NCBI GenBank assembly: GCA_964252075.1
Contig: CAXULY010000061.1
Span: 1 to 27,284, forward strand
DNA from: an uncultured Deinococcaceae bacterium
GTDB lineage: Bacteria; Deinococcota; Deinococci; Deinococcales; Deinococcaceae
Direction: 5' to 3'
Length of the DNA: 27,284 bases
The notes under the pieces are model-generated. The model was not told the DNA's origin, did no database searches, and saw only the letters and a program-made list of their open reading frames with translations. Each line of letters starts with the position of its first letter. The first letter of the stretch is position 1. Shown here piece by piece: positions 9,172-18,706 of this stretch. Made by a program: the position numbers and the translations under genes.

Positions 9172-9185
9172 CTGGAACGTTTCCG
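9172..9185. promoter_or_regulatory. Possible LacI-family operator
   Basis: CTGGAACGTTTCCG, an imperfect CG-centred palindrome upstream of the sugar-binding protein gene. Confidence 0.35.
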
Positions 9186-9228
9186 TTAGCGTCAGCAGGT
9201 ACAGCGCAACACGAACTGGAGGCGTTCC

Positions 9229-10647
9229 ATGCACAGACTGTGGCCCACCACGGCGCTCATGCTGACCACCGCCCTTGCCGCTCCCGGCGCCTGGAAGGGC
9301 ACCATCACCATGTACGCCCAGGAGTACACGCCCAACAAACCGGACGCCAAGACGCCACTGAAGGCCTTCCAGCAGATCGCCGACGAGTACCAGCGCCGCT
9401 ATCCCGGCATCAAGATTCAGTTCGTCACCGATCCCGTCCCGGACACCAACGCCGCCATCCGCACGAAGGCCGCCGCAGGGGAACTGTGGGACGTGTACTG
9501 GGCGCAGTACAGCAGTCTGAACGGACCCCTCCCCAAAGGCGTCGCCATGGACCTCCGCCCGTACCTCAAGCAACCCAACCCGTACATCCCGGGCAACAAG
9601 GCCTGGCAGGACGCCATGAACAGGCAGGCGCTGGCCGAGACGGCCGCCGCCGGCGGACAGCAGTACCAGCTGAACGGCGACTACGTGGCCTTCACCTTCT
9701 TCTACAACCAGGACCTCTTCAAGAAGGCGGGCATCAGCAAGGCGCCCACCACGTGGGCGGGACTGATCGACGCCAGCAAGAAACTGACGGCGGCGGGCAT
9801 CGGCGTGATGGCGGCGGTGCCGTCCTTTCCGTGGTGGGAGCGGCACTTCCTGTCGGACTTCTACAGCAAGGACTACGACCGCCTGACGAAGTACGACGGC
9901 GCGCCCGGCCAGTCCCCGCTCGATGAGGCGGTCGGCATTCAGAAGGGCCTCCTGACGCCCAAAGACGCGCGGTTCATGGCGTGGTGGCCGCTGTTCAAGC
10001 AGTTCACGGACTACTGGGTCAAGGACTACCTCAGCCAGGACCCGGACAAGAACTACGACGCCTTCCAGGACTTCGTGGCGGGCAAGGTCGCCATGATTTA
10101 CGAGGGCAGCTACAAACCCAACGAGATGAAGGCCGCGGGCGTCACCTTCCCGATCGGGGCCTTCAACTTCCCGGTGCTCAGCAAGGCCGACAGCGCCTAC
10201 GCCACCGGCGTGAACACCGCGAACGCCGTGGGCGGCCTGGGCGCGGCCTTCCAGTACGCCATGAGCACGCCGGACGCGAACAAGAGCATGACGGCCGAGA
10301 AGCAGGCCGCCGTGCTGGACTGGATGCGGTTCTTCGGGACGCCGAAGAACCTGCAGCGCATCACCAGCGAGGATGGCGCCTTCGTGCCCACCTGGCCCGG
10401 CACCAAAGCCGACCTGAATTTTGACGCTGCCGCGCTGGACGCCCAGATCAAGCTGCCCCGCCGTTCGCTGGGCGTCGGGAACGCCGCGGCGAACCTCGGT
10501 TGGGGCGACATGCAGAAGATTTTCGGGCAGTACCTCTCCGGCGCCATGACGCTCGATCAGGCCAAGGCGCAGGCGCAGGGCGTGCTGGACCGCGCGGCGC
10601 AGGATTACGCCCGCAAGAACAACGTGAACTACAGCCAGTACAAGTGA
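9229..10647 (+). CDS. Carbohydrate ABC transporter substrate-binding protein
   Basis: Signal peptide without a lipobox Cys. Motifs YQRRYPGIKIQF, FFYNQDLFKKAGI..APTTW and FVAGKVAM. RBS GGAGG. Followed by two permeases. Confidence 0.92.
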   Translation: MHRLWPTTALMLTTALAAPGAWKGTITMYAQEYTPNKPDAKTPLKAFQQIADEYQRRYPGIKIQFVTDPVPDTNAAIRTKAAAGELWDVYWAQYSSLNGPLPKGVAMDLRPYLKQPNPYIPGNKAWQDAMNRQALAETAAAGGQQYQLNGDYVAFTFFYNQDLFKKAGISKAPTTWAGLIDASKKLTAAGIGVMAAVPSFPWWERHFLSDFYSKDYDRLTKYDGAPGQSPLDEAVGIQKGLLTPKDARFMAWWPLFKQFTDYWVKDYLSQDPDKNYDAFQDFVAGKVAMIYEGSYKPNEMKAAGVTFPIGAFNFPVLSKADSAYATGVNTANAVGGLGAAFQYAMSTPDANKSMTAEKQAAVLDWMRFFGTPKNLQRITSEDGAFVPTWPGTKADLNFDAAALDAQIKLPRRSLGVGNAAANLGWGDMQKIFGQYLSGAMTLDQAKAQAQGVLDRAAQDYARKNNVNYSQYK

Positions 10648-10653
10648 AAAGGG

Positions 10654-10691
10654 GCGCGCGCCGTTCGGCGGGTCACGCCGGCGGCGCGCGC
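10654..10691 (+). other. Intercistronic GC-rich stem-loop
   Basis: GCGCGCGCCG...CGGCGCGCGC between the SBP and permease genes, a typical place for an mRNA stabiliser or partial terminator. Confidence 0.55.
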
Positions 10692-10707
10692 TGACGGAGG
10701 TGTCACG

Positions 10708-11613
10708 GTGTCCATGCGCTCAGGGCTCGCATCCCGCCCGCTGGGCCGGCAGCTGCGCGACGGCTGGCCGGCGTACCTGTTCATCCTGCCCAGCTTCGTG
10801 GTGCTGGCGTGGTTCGCGTACTACCCGGTGGTGCAGGCGCTCAGTGGGGCGTTCACGAACTGGGACGGCTTCCTGCAGCGCGACTGGGTGGGCCTCGGGA
10901 ACTTCCAGCAGGCCCTCACCGACCCGGTGCTCGGCCAGGCCAGCCGCAACAACCTGATCTGGCTGCTGTTCGGGGTGCTGCTCGGCCTGATTCCGGCCTT
11001 CGTGGTGGCGGAGCTGATCTTCCACCTGCGCACCCCGAGACGTCAGTACGCCTACCGCACGCTGTTCTCGGTGGGCCTCGTGATTCCCGCGCTGGTGCAG
11101 CTCCTGCTGTGGACGTACTTCTACCGCGGGGAGGACGGCCTGCTGAACCTGCTGCTGGGCAAGCTGGGCCTCACCGCGCTGCAGCACGGCTGGATCAGCG
11201 ATCCACACATCGCCCTGTACGCCTTGATTTTCATGGGGTTCCCCTGGATCAACGTCTTTTACCTGCTGATCCTCTACGCGGGCCTGCAGAACATTCCGGC
11301 GGAGGTGCTGGAGGCCGCGCAGCTGGACGGCGCGACGGGACTGCGGCGCATCTGGCACGTCGACCTGCCGCTGGTGGCGCCTCAACTGCAGCTGCTGCTG
11401 GTGCTGAGCGTCATCGCGAACGTGCAGAACCTGCTCGCGCCCCTCGTCATGACGAACGGCGGCCCGTTCGACCGCACGCAGGTGCCGGCGCTCGTCATGT
11501 ACCAGCGGGCCATCGGGGATGGCGAGTTCGGGTACGCCATGGCCATCGCCAGCCTGCTGTTCCTGGTGGTGGTGGCGCTCACGCTGCTCTCCCAGCGGAT
11601 CGGGCGGCGCTAG
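10708..11613 (+). CDS. Carbohydrate ABC transporter permease (MalF/UgpA-like)
   Basis: Hydrophobic helices, WVGLGNF, EAA loop GLQNIPAEVLEAAQLDGA, RBS GGAGG. Confidence 0.95.
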   Translation: MSMRSGLASRPLGRQLRDGWPAYLFILPSFVVLAWFAYYPVVQALSGAFTNWDGFLQRDWVGLGNFQQALTDPVLGQASRNNLIWLLFGVLLGLIPAFVVAELIFHLRTPRRQYAYRTLFSVGLVIPALVQLLLWTYFYRGEDGLLNLLLGKLGLTALQHGWISDPHIALYALIFMGFPWINVFYLLILYAGLQNIPAEVLEAAQLDGATGLRRIWHVDLPLVAPQLQLLLVLSVIANVQNLLAPLVMTNGGPFDRTQVPALVMYQRAIGDGEFGYAMAIASLLFLVVVALTLLSQRIGRR

Positions 11614-12447
11614 GTGGGGCGGCCCCTGAGTGAATGGGCGCGGCAGGGCGCGCTGCTGCTCCTCGCGCTGCTGAGCCTGTTCCCGCTGTACTTCAGCTTG
11701 GTCAACTCCTTCAAGACGCCCGTCGAGTACGCCAGAAACCCCGTCAGTCTGCCCGCCAGCCTGGCGCCGGGCGCGGGCAATTACCTGCGCGCCTGGAGTC
11801 AGGTGGCACAACCCACCGTGAATTCGCTTGTCGTCACGCTGGCGAGCGTGATCCTGACGCTGGCGCTCGCCGCGCTGAGCGCCTACGCGTTCGCCCTGAT
11901 GGACTTCCCGGGGCGGCGCGTGCTGTTCGCCCTGGTCTTCGCCCTGCTGCTCGTGCCGGATTTCCTGACGCTCATCCCGCTGTACGTGCAGATCAAGCGC
12001 CTCCCACTGCCCAGCAACTACCTGGCGGTGATTCTGCCCTACGTCGCCGCCGGGCAGGCGTTCGCGATCCTGGTGCTGCGGACGTTTTACGCGGGGGTGT
12101 CGCGTGAGCTGCTGGAGGCGGCGCGCATGGACGGCGCGGGGCACTGGGTCATGTTCTCGCGGGTGGTGCTGCCCATCAGCACGCCCATCATGGTGACGGT
12201 CGGCATTATTCGCTTCGTGCCGGTGTGGAATGATTTCCTGCTGCCCAGCCTGCTGCTGGACAGCGCGCACCGCACACTGCCCGTGGCGCTGGTGCGCTTC
12301 CAGGGCAGCGCCGAGAACTACACCGCCCCGGATTTCGGGGCCCTGATGGCCGCGTACGTGCTCTCCGCCATTCCCCTGCTGGTGCTGTTCGCCTTCCTGA
12401 TGCGCGCCTACATCGAAGGCCTTACCAGCGGCGCCGTCAAGGCCTGA
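11614..12447 (+). CDS. Carbohydrate ABC transporter permease (MalG/UgpE-like)
   Basis: EAA loop ELLEAARMDGA, WNDFLLP, C-terminal GLTSGAVK; abuts the previous stop. Confidence 0.95.
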   Translation: MGRPLSEWARQGALLLLALLSLFPLYFSLVNSFKTPVEYARNPVSLPASLAPGAGNYLRAWSQVAQPTVNSLVVTLASVILTLALAALSAYAFALMDFPGRRVLFALVFALLLVPDFLTLIPLYVQIKRLPLPSNYLAVILPYVAAGQAFAILVLRTFYAGVSRELLEAARMDGAGHWVMFSRVVLPISTPIMVTVGIIRFVPVWNDFLLPSLLLDSAHRTLPVALVRFQGSAENYTAPDFGALMAAYVLSAIPLLVLFAFLMRAYIEGLTSGAVKA

Positions 12448-12465
12448 ACGTGGTGAGGAACACCG

Positions 12466-12500
12466 TGCCCCGGTGCCTGTCAGGCACCGGGGCAGTTGTT
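12466..12500 (+). terminator. Intrinsic terminator of the ABC operon
   Basis: Perfect 14-bp IR TGCCCCGGTGCCTG-T-CAGGCACCGGGGCA followed by GTTGTT, 18 nt after the stop. Confidence 0.75.
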
Positions 12501-13126
12501 CGGCTTTGGTTTCGATCCCCAGCCAGCCGGAAGAACCGAAGTCCCACAGGGCAAGCCATTGAAGCGGCCGCAAGTAGGCCTGATGGGCGGCAAATAGGGC
12601 AGAGGGCTCGGGCGGTCCCAGGGCGGCAAGCCCTCAGGCAGCCCATGACCCGCCGCGAACTCTAAAGCTCGCCCTCGCTGTACGCTGCAGGTCCGCACCA
12701 GTCGGCGCGCCAGCGAGCGGACGTTTTCTGAGGCCCCTGCTCGCGGAGTCAACCGGCCCCACCATGCCCCGGGTCGGTCGCGCTGCTGAAAAACCCTGAC
12801 CACGCAGTGATCAACGTTTCCATCACGCCAGGAGGAACAGGTCAGCGTGACTCTTGGCTGTCCACCAAGCAGGCGCCGGTTCGGACCCACCCAGCATGGC
12901 GCGGGCGATCTCCCTGCCGTGACACCCGGGCGAGGGGTCAACTGCACGGGAAGGAGAACACGCGACGACTGACGGTCCCATACGGAAAGCTGCTGGGTGC
13001 ACCATCCCCCGTCGGCGGTCGGAAACCTCATGTCTGTTCCGCGCTGAGGTGGTGATTGTGGTCCTCCCGTACGCTGGACGCGCGGACCCGTCGCCCTCCC
13101 GTCCTCCCGGTCCTGATCGGAGATGC

Positions 13127-14194
13127 ATGACCCTGCCCAATGGCCTTCGCCTCGAACCGTACGACCCCCGCACCGCCAGCGACGCCTTCATCGCGGCCCT
13201 CGCCGCGCACCAGAACGCGCTGCTGCACGAACGTCAACCGGACGACCCGCCCATCCTCGCCACGCAGTTCGCGACGAACTGGCGTCACCTCCCGCCGTTC
13301 GTGCAGATCCTCGGGTGGGTCGTGAGGGACGGCGAGACGATCATCGCAGAGGCGAACGTGGCCCTGATGCGCCTGGAGCAGAACCAGCACCTCGCGCAGG
13401 CGGACGTGGGCGTGCGCGCCCCGTACCGACGGCGCGGCATCGGGCGCCACCTGCTGCGGCAGGTGGTGGACGCCGCGCAGGCAGATGGACGCACCACGCT
13501 GCTGCTGAGCAGCAACGCCCGCGTGCCTGGCGGGGAAGCGGCCCTGCGCCGGATGGGGGCCAGGCCCGGTCTGGAGGCGCACGTGAACCAGCTGGACCTC
13601 GCCGCGCTCGACCCCACCGTGCTGGAGCGCTGGGTGCACGACGCCAGCGTGAAGGGCGCCGGGCACACGGTGGAGCTGTGGGAGGGCGGCATCCCGGAAG
13701 GGAACTTCGACCGCTACCTGGACCTCATGCGCGTCATGAACGATCAGCCGCTCGGGGACCTCGACGTGGAGGAGGAGCGCATGACCGCCGAGCAGCTGCG
13801 GGAGGTGGAGGCGCACCGCGCAGCGCAGGGACGCTCGCGCGTGCGGGCGGTGGCCCGGCGCCTCGAGGACGGGCGCCTCGTGGGCTTCACGGACCTCAGC
13901 TGGCACCCGAAGCGGCCCAGCATCCTCTCGCAGGCCGGCACGGGCGTGCACCAGGAGTCGCGCGGGCTGGGACTGGGCCGCTGGCTGAAGGCCGCCGCCC
14001 TCCAGCGCGCCCTGCAGCGCAACCCGGAGGCGCGGTTCGTCCGCACCGAGAACGCGGACATGAACGCCGCCATGCGCCGCATCAATGAGGACCTGGGCTT
14101 CAAGCCGTACACCGCAACGACACAATGGCAGCTCGCGGTGCCCCAGGCGCAGGCGTACCTGCAAGGCCAGTCTCTGGACGTGGAAGGGGCGTGA
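13127..14194 (+). CDS. Tandem GNAT family N-acetyltransferase
   Basis: Two motif-A copies (VRAPYRRRGIGRHLL and VHQESRGLGLGRWLK) plus TENADMNAAMRRINEDLGF. Start placed at ATG 13127. Confidence 0.9.
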   Translation: MTLPNGLRLEPYDPRTASDAFIAALAAHQNALLHERQPDDPPILATQFATNWRHLPPFVQILGWVVRDGETIIAEANVALMRLEQNQHLAQADVGVRAPYRRRGIGRHLLRQVVDAAQADGRTTLLLSSNARVPGGEAALRRMGARPGLEAHVNQLDLAALDPTVLERWVHDASVKGAGHTVELWEGGIPEGNFDRYLDLMRVMNDQPLGDLDVEEERMTAEQLREVEAHRAAQGRSRVRAVARRLEDGRLVGFTDLSWHPKRPSILSQAGTGVHQESRGLGLGRWLKAAALQRALQRNPEARFVRTENADMNAAMRRINEDLGFKPYTATTQWQLAVPQAQAYLQGQSLDVEGA

Positions 14195-14363
14195 CCACCG
14201 GTGAACCATGACCCGGTCGGGAACATGAATGCTGCATGCCGTCGTGTGGCCGCTGGGTCAGTGGGCGCGGCCTTTCAGTGGTGGGGGCCGCGCGATCATT
14301 TCCGTCATGCTGCCACGCGTGACCGCGCGGCCCGCAACAGGTGTTTCGCTCCTTCAAATGCTC

Positions 14364-14923
14364 CTAGAACAGGACCGGGGCGTCCTCGTGGGGCCGCCCG
14401 ACGTCAATGCGAGGCGCGCGGATCGCGTCCGTAAATGGGAGGAGGGACGTGCCGTGCGCGCGTTGTCCTTCGTCCGGCACCACAGCCAGCGGGCGGGCGT
14501 GACCGTCAGCGCAGAGGTGGCGCCGGGTGGTCCGATTCCCTCGGCTGTGACCCAACTGAACGCCTCGTCAAGAGGGGCTAAGGTGTTGCTTGCTGCTTCC
14601 GTTCGCATTGCGGTGAGCACGGATATGAGGGCTGTGAAGCGCCGCGCCGTTCCAGCGACCTTTCCCTCATGGTCCGCTAGGGCTGGCAGGGTATGGGTGA
14701 TGCAGACCCAGGTGCCGTCGTGTGCCCAGCGGGCGGGACGATCATGGCAGGGGCAGGACAGCTCAGGAACGTCCCGCCAGGGTGCGCCAACCTTGATGCG
14801 CCCGAGGATGCCACTTTGGACGCGTCTGTGGTCGGCGGAGGGGTGGCCGCGCTCGCTGTCGGGTCGGCGGTGAGGTTGAAGGGTGTGCCACCTCAGGTCG
14901 GTGAGGTCGGTGCGGCAGGACAA
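14364..14923 (-). mobile_element. Heavily degraded IS5-family transposase remnant
   Basis: Pieces across shifted frames: RTDLTDLRWHTLQP...DHRRVQSGILGRIKVGAPWRDVPE...RWAHDGTW; WNGAALHSPHIRAH; GHSRGNRTTRRHLCADGHARPL...DAIRAPRIDVGRP. The 3' part and IRs were not found. Confidence 0.8.
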
Positions 14924-15220
14924 AAGCCGACGCTCAGCCCTCGTCATGAGTTCAATTGCACAGACGCTGGTAGGTGACGAAAAGGGAGTAAGGCGATTGA
15001 CGGCGCCCTCCACGGAACACCTGGATGAACCGCCCCGCGTGCAGGCGATGCGGTTTACCCATGGCAGAGAGTGGTCCACGCACCGTCCGGACGCTGAACA
15101 TATCCTTAGTCCTGCTTTCGGAATCTGCGTGAGTGATGCTGAACTTCCACCAGCCAGGTTCCTTGAGCACCTCGATCAGCTGGGTGCCCTTCCGAATCAG
15201 ACCAAGAGGCTCTCCCTCAC

Positions 15221-16405
15221 CTAACGGCTGAGGTGATTCGCCCCACCGACCTCTGCGATGAAGTCGAGCAGGAGCGTGCTGAGCTGAACCGGCTGCTCCT
15301 GCTGGATCCAGTGACCGGCGCCGTCGATCAGGTCGATGCCAGCCATCCTGGTGACTGCCTTCGTCGTCATCAGATCAATGGCGCCGGGGGCCGCGTAGGG
15401 CCCCCAATCACTCTTCCCGCCGATGAACAGGGACGGGACGTCGATCGTCCGGCCCGAAAACAGGCGCAACTCCGCGTTGAGGTCGGGGTCGGAATAGACG
15501 CGGTAGGTCTGCAGGGCCCCTTGAAACCCAGTGCGGTCATACTCCGCTGTGTACACCGCGAGTTCCGGTTCGGTGAGCCAGGTGCAGGCCAGAACCTCCG
15601 CGGCGGAAGGATGGAAAGGTGCGACCGTCTGGGCCATGGTTTTATCGAGGTCCATCACGTAATAGGTGGGCATGCGTGCGAATTCACTCGCCGTTGGCGC
15701 CTTCAAGGGATGCGGCTTGTTTTCTGGCCAGTCTGCGCTCTTGACGTGGAAAAACGCTCGGAGGAACGCCTTTAAGCCTTGTGGGGGGTGCCACAGGTCA
15801 TGGTTCGCCTCCCGTGTGCTCAAGTGGTGCTGGTAATGCTTTCTGGGCCGGTCGAGTGCGGCCAGCGCGGCCGCCAGCTGTTGCTGTCCACTGCCGGGCT
15901 GACCTGACGCTCCATCTTGGTCCGTGGTGTTGAATGGGAACGCTGGCGGACCGGGGAACGGGGCGCTCATGAGGACCACCGAGGGAAAAACGTCCGGGCG
16001 GGCGAGCGCACAGTAGGCCGCCACGGGCGAGCCGAAGTCGTGCCCGACGAGCATCGCCGTACGCCGGTACCCCAGGGCCGAAACCAGGCCGAGGGCGTCG
16101 CGCGTCATATTCAGGAGGCTGAAGGGCGCGAGCGGGGCGTCATGGCTGTTCGCCCAGCCGGTGGTGCGGCCGAAACCCCGCTGGTCGGGTGCGACGACAT
16201 GGTACCCGGCGTCGGCGAGCAGGGGGATCACGTGTCGCCAGCCGTAGGCCAGGTCTGGAAAACCGTGCAGGAGCAGCGCGAGCGGCCGGTTGGGGGTGGC
16301 GTAACCGGCCTCCAGAATGTGAACGTCCAGGCCGTTGATTCCGTGGAACATGCGCGAGCGGATTCCTTCGGGCAGCGTTCCGTCGCCATATGTGGATGCC
16401 GTCAT
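15221..16405 (-). CDS. Alpha/beta hydrolase, epoxide hydrolase-like
   Basis: HGFP oxyanion motif, APDQRGFG, nucleophile elbow GHDFGS, GAGHWIQQE. RBS GAGGAGG spacing favours ATG 16405. Confidence 0.92.
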   Translation of the reverse strand: MTASTYGDGTLPEGIRSRMFHGINGLDVHILEAGYATPNRPLALLLHGFPDLAYGWRHVIPLLADAGYHVVAPDQRGFGRTTGWANSHDAPLAPFSLLNMTRDALGLVSALGYRRTAMLVGHDFGSPVAAYCALARPDVFPSVVLMSAPFPGPPAFPFNTTDQDGASGQPGSGQQQLAAALAALDRPRKHYQHHLSTREANHDLWHPPQGLKAFLRAFFHVKSADWPENKPHPLKAPTASEFARMPTYYVMDLDKTMAQTVAPFHPSAAEVLACTWLTEPELAVYTAEYDRTGFQGALQTYRVYSDPDLNAELRLFSGRTIDVPSLFIGGKSDWGPYAAPGAIDLMTTKAVTRMAGIDLIDGAGHWIQQEQPVQLSTLLLDFIAEVGGANHLSR

Positions 16406-16523
16406 CTTCATTCCTCCTCATGGGTTGGTGCAAGCTGGCCGAGCTCAGCGCGAGGCGGCTCGGCTGGATGCAAATGGGCTGAAGGGCAACGGACGCCAGC
16501 CAGCAAACTCCATGGCTGAGGTG

Positions 16524-16562
16524 TTCTATGGTGACCGCCATAGTATGGCGGTCACCATAGAA
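16524..16562. promoter_or_regulatory. 39-bp perfect palindrome, probable tandem TetR operator
   Basis: TTCTATGGTGACCGCCATA-G-TATGGCGGTCACCATAGAA between the divergent hydrolase and TetR genes. Confidence 0.75.
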
Positions 16563-16592
16563 ATGTCAACTGCACGATGTTATGTTCACGTC

Positions 16593-17174
16593 ATGCCCCG
16601 TCAGACCGATGCCCGCGAACGCGCGATTGCCACGGCTGAACGACTGTTCCGCCTGCAAGGCTACACGGCGACCGGACTGACCCAGATCCTGCAAGAAAGC
16701 GGCGCACCCAAAGGTTCGTTCTACTTTCACTTCCCACGCGGCAAAGCGCAGCTCGCAGAAGAAGCCATCGACCAGTACATCGCGAAACGGATGGCGGTGT
16801 TGCAGGCCATCTCGGCGAACACGACGGGCGACGCCCCGAAGTTCCTTCAGCAGATTTTCGCGACGTTCGCGGCCGAAATGGTGACCACTGATTTCCAGTA
16901 TGGGTGCCTCATGCAGAATCTGGCGAATGAGCTGCCCGCGCTCGACGCCGAACTGACCAAACGGGTCGCGCGCGGATTTGCCGATTCGACCGAGCTCGTG
17001 GCGGCGCATTTCAGGGCGTGCGGGTTCACCCCCGCGCGCGCATCCTCCACCGCAGCCGCACTGACCGCCGCCCTCGAAGGCGCGCGCACTATCGCCCGTC
17101 TGGAACGCACGCCAGCGATCTTCCAGGCACTGGCCGACGTGAGCGTCCAGAAGTGGGCTCTCCCCGACGGGTGA
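16593..17174 (+). CDS. TetR/AcrR family regulator (LmrA/YxaF-like)
   Basis: AERLFRLQGYTATGLTQILQESGAPKGSFYFHFPRGK and GCLM. TATGTT lies 6 nt before ATG 16593. Confidence 0.93.
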   Translation: MPRQTDARERAIATAERLFRLQGYTATGLTQILQESGAPKGSFYFHFPRGKAQLAEEAIDQYIAKRMAVLQAISANTTGDAPKFLQQIFATFAAEMVTTDFQYGCLMQNLANELPALDAELTKRVARGFADSTELVAAHFRACGFTPARASSTAAALTAALEGARTIARLERTPAIFQALADVSVQKWALPDG

Positions 17175-17681
17175 ACCCGAGCAGACGACACCGCTGCAAT
17201 GACGGTCGAACGAGGCAGAGCCACAACGTCATCAGCATGGGAGAGACACCAGTGGACACCGCGCTCCTTCCCGCCAGCGAGCGAGGGCATCCCTTTGCAC
17301 ACTGGGAACGTGCAGCGGCACTGAACATCCAGCGGCATGAGCTGACACGGAAAGTCGTGCTGGACGGTCACTCAAAAGCGGCTTGAAGCGGTCTCGGAAC
17401 CAGCAGCGCAAAAGGGTTGAGCAGCGCATCTCAGGCACCAGCATCTCCGCCCGCTTGCCTGATGGTGCTGTGATTATTCCTGTGGATACGAAGGGATTGT
17501 CTGCCTGACCCCACCGGTGTGGCTCCCGCACTTGAACCGGCGTAACCTCCCTGCTTTGTTGCTGACACGCTTGCCCGTGACGGCGGGAGGCGCACGCTAC
17601 ACGAGAAGGGCTCGGGTGGATGTGTCGCGGCCTTGCGACTTTTCGTCCTGTGGGTTCAGGCCGCGTGGGTAGGGTCAAGGC

Positions 17682-17915
17682 ATGAAATCAATGGACCGGG
17701 ACGTGTTGCTGGTGTTTCCGGAAGAGCCCACCGGACGCTTCGCGTTCGTGTCGAAGCTGCCGGTGCGCTGGAAGCGCAGTTCGGTGGATCACGCCATCAA
17801 GCGATTGATGAACGCTGGGCTGCTGACCCGCGAGTCACGTGGCGTGTACACGCTGACCGACGCGGGGCGGGCGGCGCGTGATGCGTTGATGCCGCCTGCT
17901 CAGAAGGCGGGGTGA
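17682..17915 (+). CDS. Small winged-helix hypothetical protein (77 aa)
   Basis: SSVDHAIKRLMNAGLLTRESRGVYTLTDAGR wHTH signature. TAGGGT lies 6 nt before the ATG. Confidence 0.75.
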   Translation: MKSMDRDVLLVFPEEPTGRFAFVSKLPVRWKRSSVDHAIKRLMNAGLLTRESRGVYTLTDAGRAARDALMPPAQKAG

Positions 17916-18099
17916 GTCTCTCTCACTGGACATGACGCCGGACGCGTTCGCCCCTGGCCAGGCGTGACGTGACCGGCGTGCCGGAGACCGGCACCCGCAT
18001 AGGCCCAGGCCTAGATACGAGTATTGAAGGATTTCGGGTGCTCAGAGGACAGCCGCCTATGGGCTTATGGGCGTGCGGGGCGTTAGGATGCGGGCGCGC

Positions 18100-18645
18100 A
18101 TGGCTGATTCTCGACCTCGCGGGCGACCGCGCAGCCCGCTGGCGGACGCGCGCATCCTGGAGTCCGCCGGTGCGCTTGCCCTGGAGCGCGGTTGGGACGC
18201 GGTGGGGATGGAGGATGTGGCGGGGCGCGCGGGCGTCTCCAAGACGACGTTGTACCGTCGGTACCCGGACAAGGAGGCCCTGACACAGGCCCTGATGGAG
18301 CATGTGGTCGCCGCTGTGCCGGACGTCAACCCGGTGGTGGGCGGGCCTGTTCGGGCCCTGCTGGACGTCGCCGCGCGCTACTACGGTGGGACGGCTGGTC
18401 GGACGGCGCTCGCGCTGCTGCCTGTCGTCCAGCGCGAGTCGGAGCGCGCGCGCGCCGTTCAGCTCGCGGCGCCGCGCGTCTTCGCGGAGCAGGCGCGCCT
18501 GCTGGCCGCCGATCCCGGCGTCGATGCCGAGGCCGTGCTGAACCTCGCGTTGGGCGCGGTGGTGTTCTACGTGAGTCGGCACGGCCGGGCGCCTGATGCG
18601 GCGCTGCTGGACCGGTGGGCCCGGACGCTCTCCGGAGCGGAGTGA
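18100..18645 (+). CDS. TetR/AcrR family regulator
   Basis: RGRPRS...GWDAVGMEDVAGRAGVSKTTLYRRYPDKEAL. Start is 18100 or 18088. Confidence 0.9.
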   Translation: MADSRPRGRPRSPLADARILESAGALALERGWDAVGMEDVAGRAGVSKTTLYRRYPDKEALTQALMEHVVAAVPDVNPVVGGPVRALLDVAARYYGGTAGRTALALLPVVQRESERARAVQLAAPRVFAEQARLLAADPGVDAEAVLNLALGAVVFYVSRHGRAPDAALLDRWARTLSGAE

Positions 18646-18706
18646 TGACGAACCACCGGCATTCTGGCGGATGTCACCCCGCCCGAATATCGATACGATT
18701 GCGTCC

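Noticed and set aside
5733..14209. Long antisense ORFs (594, 486, 617 and 393 aa)
   Set aside because: Stop-poor shadows of high-GC genes, with no recognisable motifs.
16335..16592. N-terminal extension of the TetR ORF
   Set aside because: Crosses the operator palindrome and the hydrolase start; the -10 box supports 16593.
17190..17371. Possible phosphopantetheinyl transferase fragment (GMPSLAGG...VHWCLSHADDVVAL, minus strand)
   Set aside because: Similarity is too short to support without a search.
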